NCBI RefSeq assembly: GCF_964355755.1 | Contig: NC_092679.1 | Coordinates: 10,771,432-10,835,431, forward strand | Reading direction: 5' to 3' | DNA: 64,000 nt | Origin: Antedon mediterranea | Taxonomy: Eukaryota; Animalia; Echinodermata | Part shown: piece by piece, positions 63,181 to 64,000 of the stretch | How the letters are laid out: every line of letters starts with the position of its first letter | Numbering within the stretch: position 1 is the stretch's first letter | Made by a program: the position numbers and the translations under genes | The notes under the pieces: model-generated | Database searches by the model: none | What the model was told of the DNA's origin: nothing | The model's input: only the letters and a program-made list of their open reading frames with translations

Positions 63181-64000
63181 CTCAAAATGAGTATTTCAGT
63201 TGGGGCGACTTTTTCTGATTCTCACTTTTTCCTCATCTTTATCGTTTCAAATTAAATAAATTTCAGTATATCACCTAAGCTTTGAACAATAATTGACATA
63301 ATGTGACATCACGCTATTCGCACGGCGACGGACAAACGAGAGGAAATTTATCAAGAAATATTAAAATTAATAGTGTTCTTCAATAAGATTAATAATTCAT
63401 ACCTACAAAATGTAAAAGAAGTAAAAATACAGTAAAAAAAACTTCACAAAATGTAATTTTATCATTAAAAATCAGATAATGTATCGCAAGAAATCTGAGG
63501 GTTGTAACGATCTATTTATAAGTATTTGCATAATACCCTGATGCCTATTCGCAGCGTTTATCTGGCCTTTTAACAAAACATTTGAATTTGTAATATTTTT
63601 TTTTTATTTTAGATTTTGACAATAAAAAGATATAAAGTAAAGGTTCGTAACGGTAAGTTATTGGGACGAACTGTCAAATTTGGCCCAAGCAATATTTAAG
63701 AGCTGAAAGTGGTTTCCAGATCGACGCAATATTCATTGCGTGTCATCACACTGTGGGAAGGAACCGACGACGTATCCACGGTGCCGTATGTAGACGATTC
63801 TACACCGTTTTCTGCTTTACGTTCGTCGCAACTGTAATTATTCAACTTCTCGGTCGTAAGAGGGGAGATGCAAAATAGAAAATTAAATATAAGTCAGTGA
63901 TTACAAACGCCGCACAGTGACTCAGAATTGGTGTGTGTTTGTGTTTGTTTGTCATCACTCTAGCGCTCACAATTTTGATTTGAATAACTCCAAATTACTA

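Overview
AT-rich animal genomic DNA. The taxon is not determinable; an invertebrate deuterostome is a guess. The window holds one complete host gene, a 5-exon SPRED (EVH1 plus cysteine-rich SPR domain, about 404 aa) on the minus strand from 57639 to 12437, with consistent splice phases. Intron 1 carries an apparently intact 5410-bp DIRS1-type tyrosine-recombinase retrotransposon (42322-47731) in the same orientation as SPRED, with ITRs, an ICR, gag, RT/RNaseH/MT and YR ORFs. Its gag and YR ORFs share a frame and are separated by a single UGA-C followed by a hairpin. The rest is a dense, nested mobilome: Harbinger-, Kolobok-, pogo/Tc1- and Helentron-like non-autonomous elements, a MetaSINE-like element, decayed RTE and L1/Tx1 LINEs, a hairpin minisatellite inside a TIR element, a Helentron-like tandem array carrying tRNA-Val-like copies, 25-30 bp palindromic insertions, and many short TA-flanked motifs that look like transposon excision footprints. 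All calls were made by eye with no database searches.
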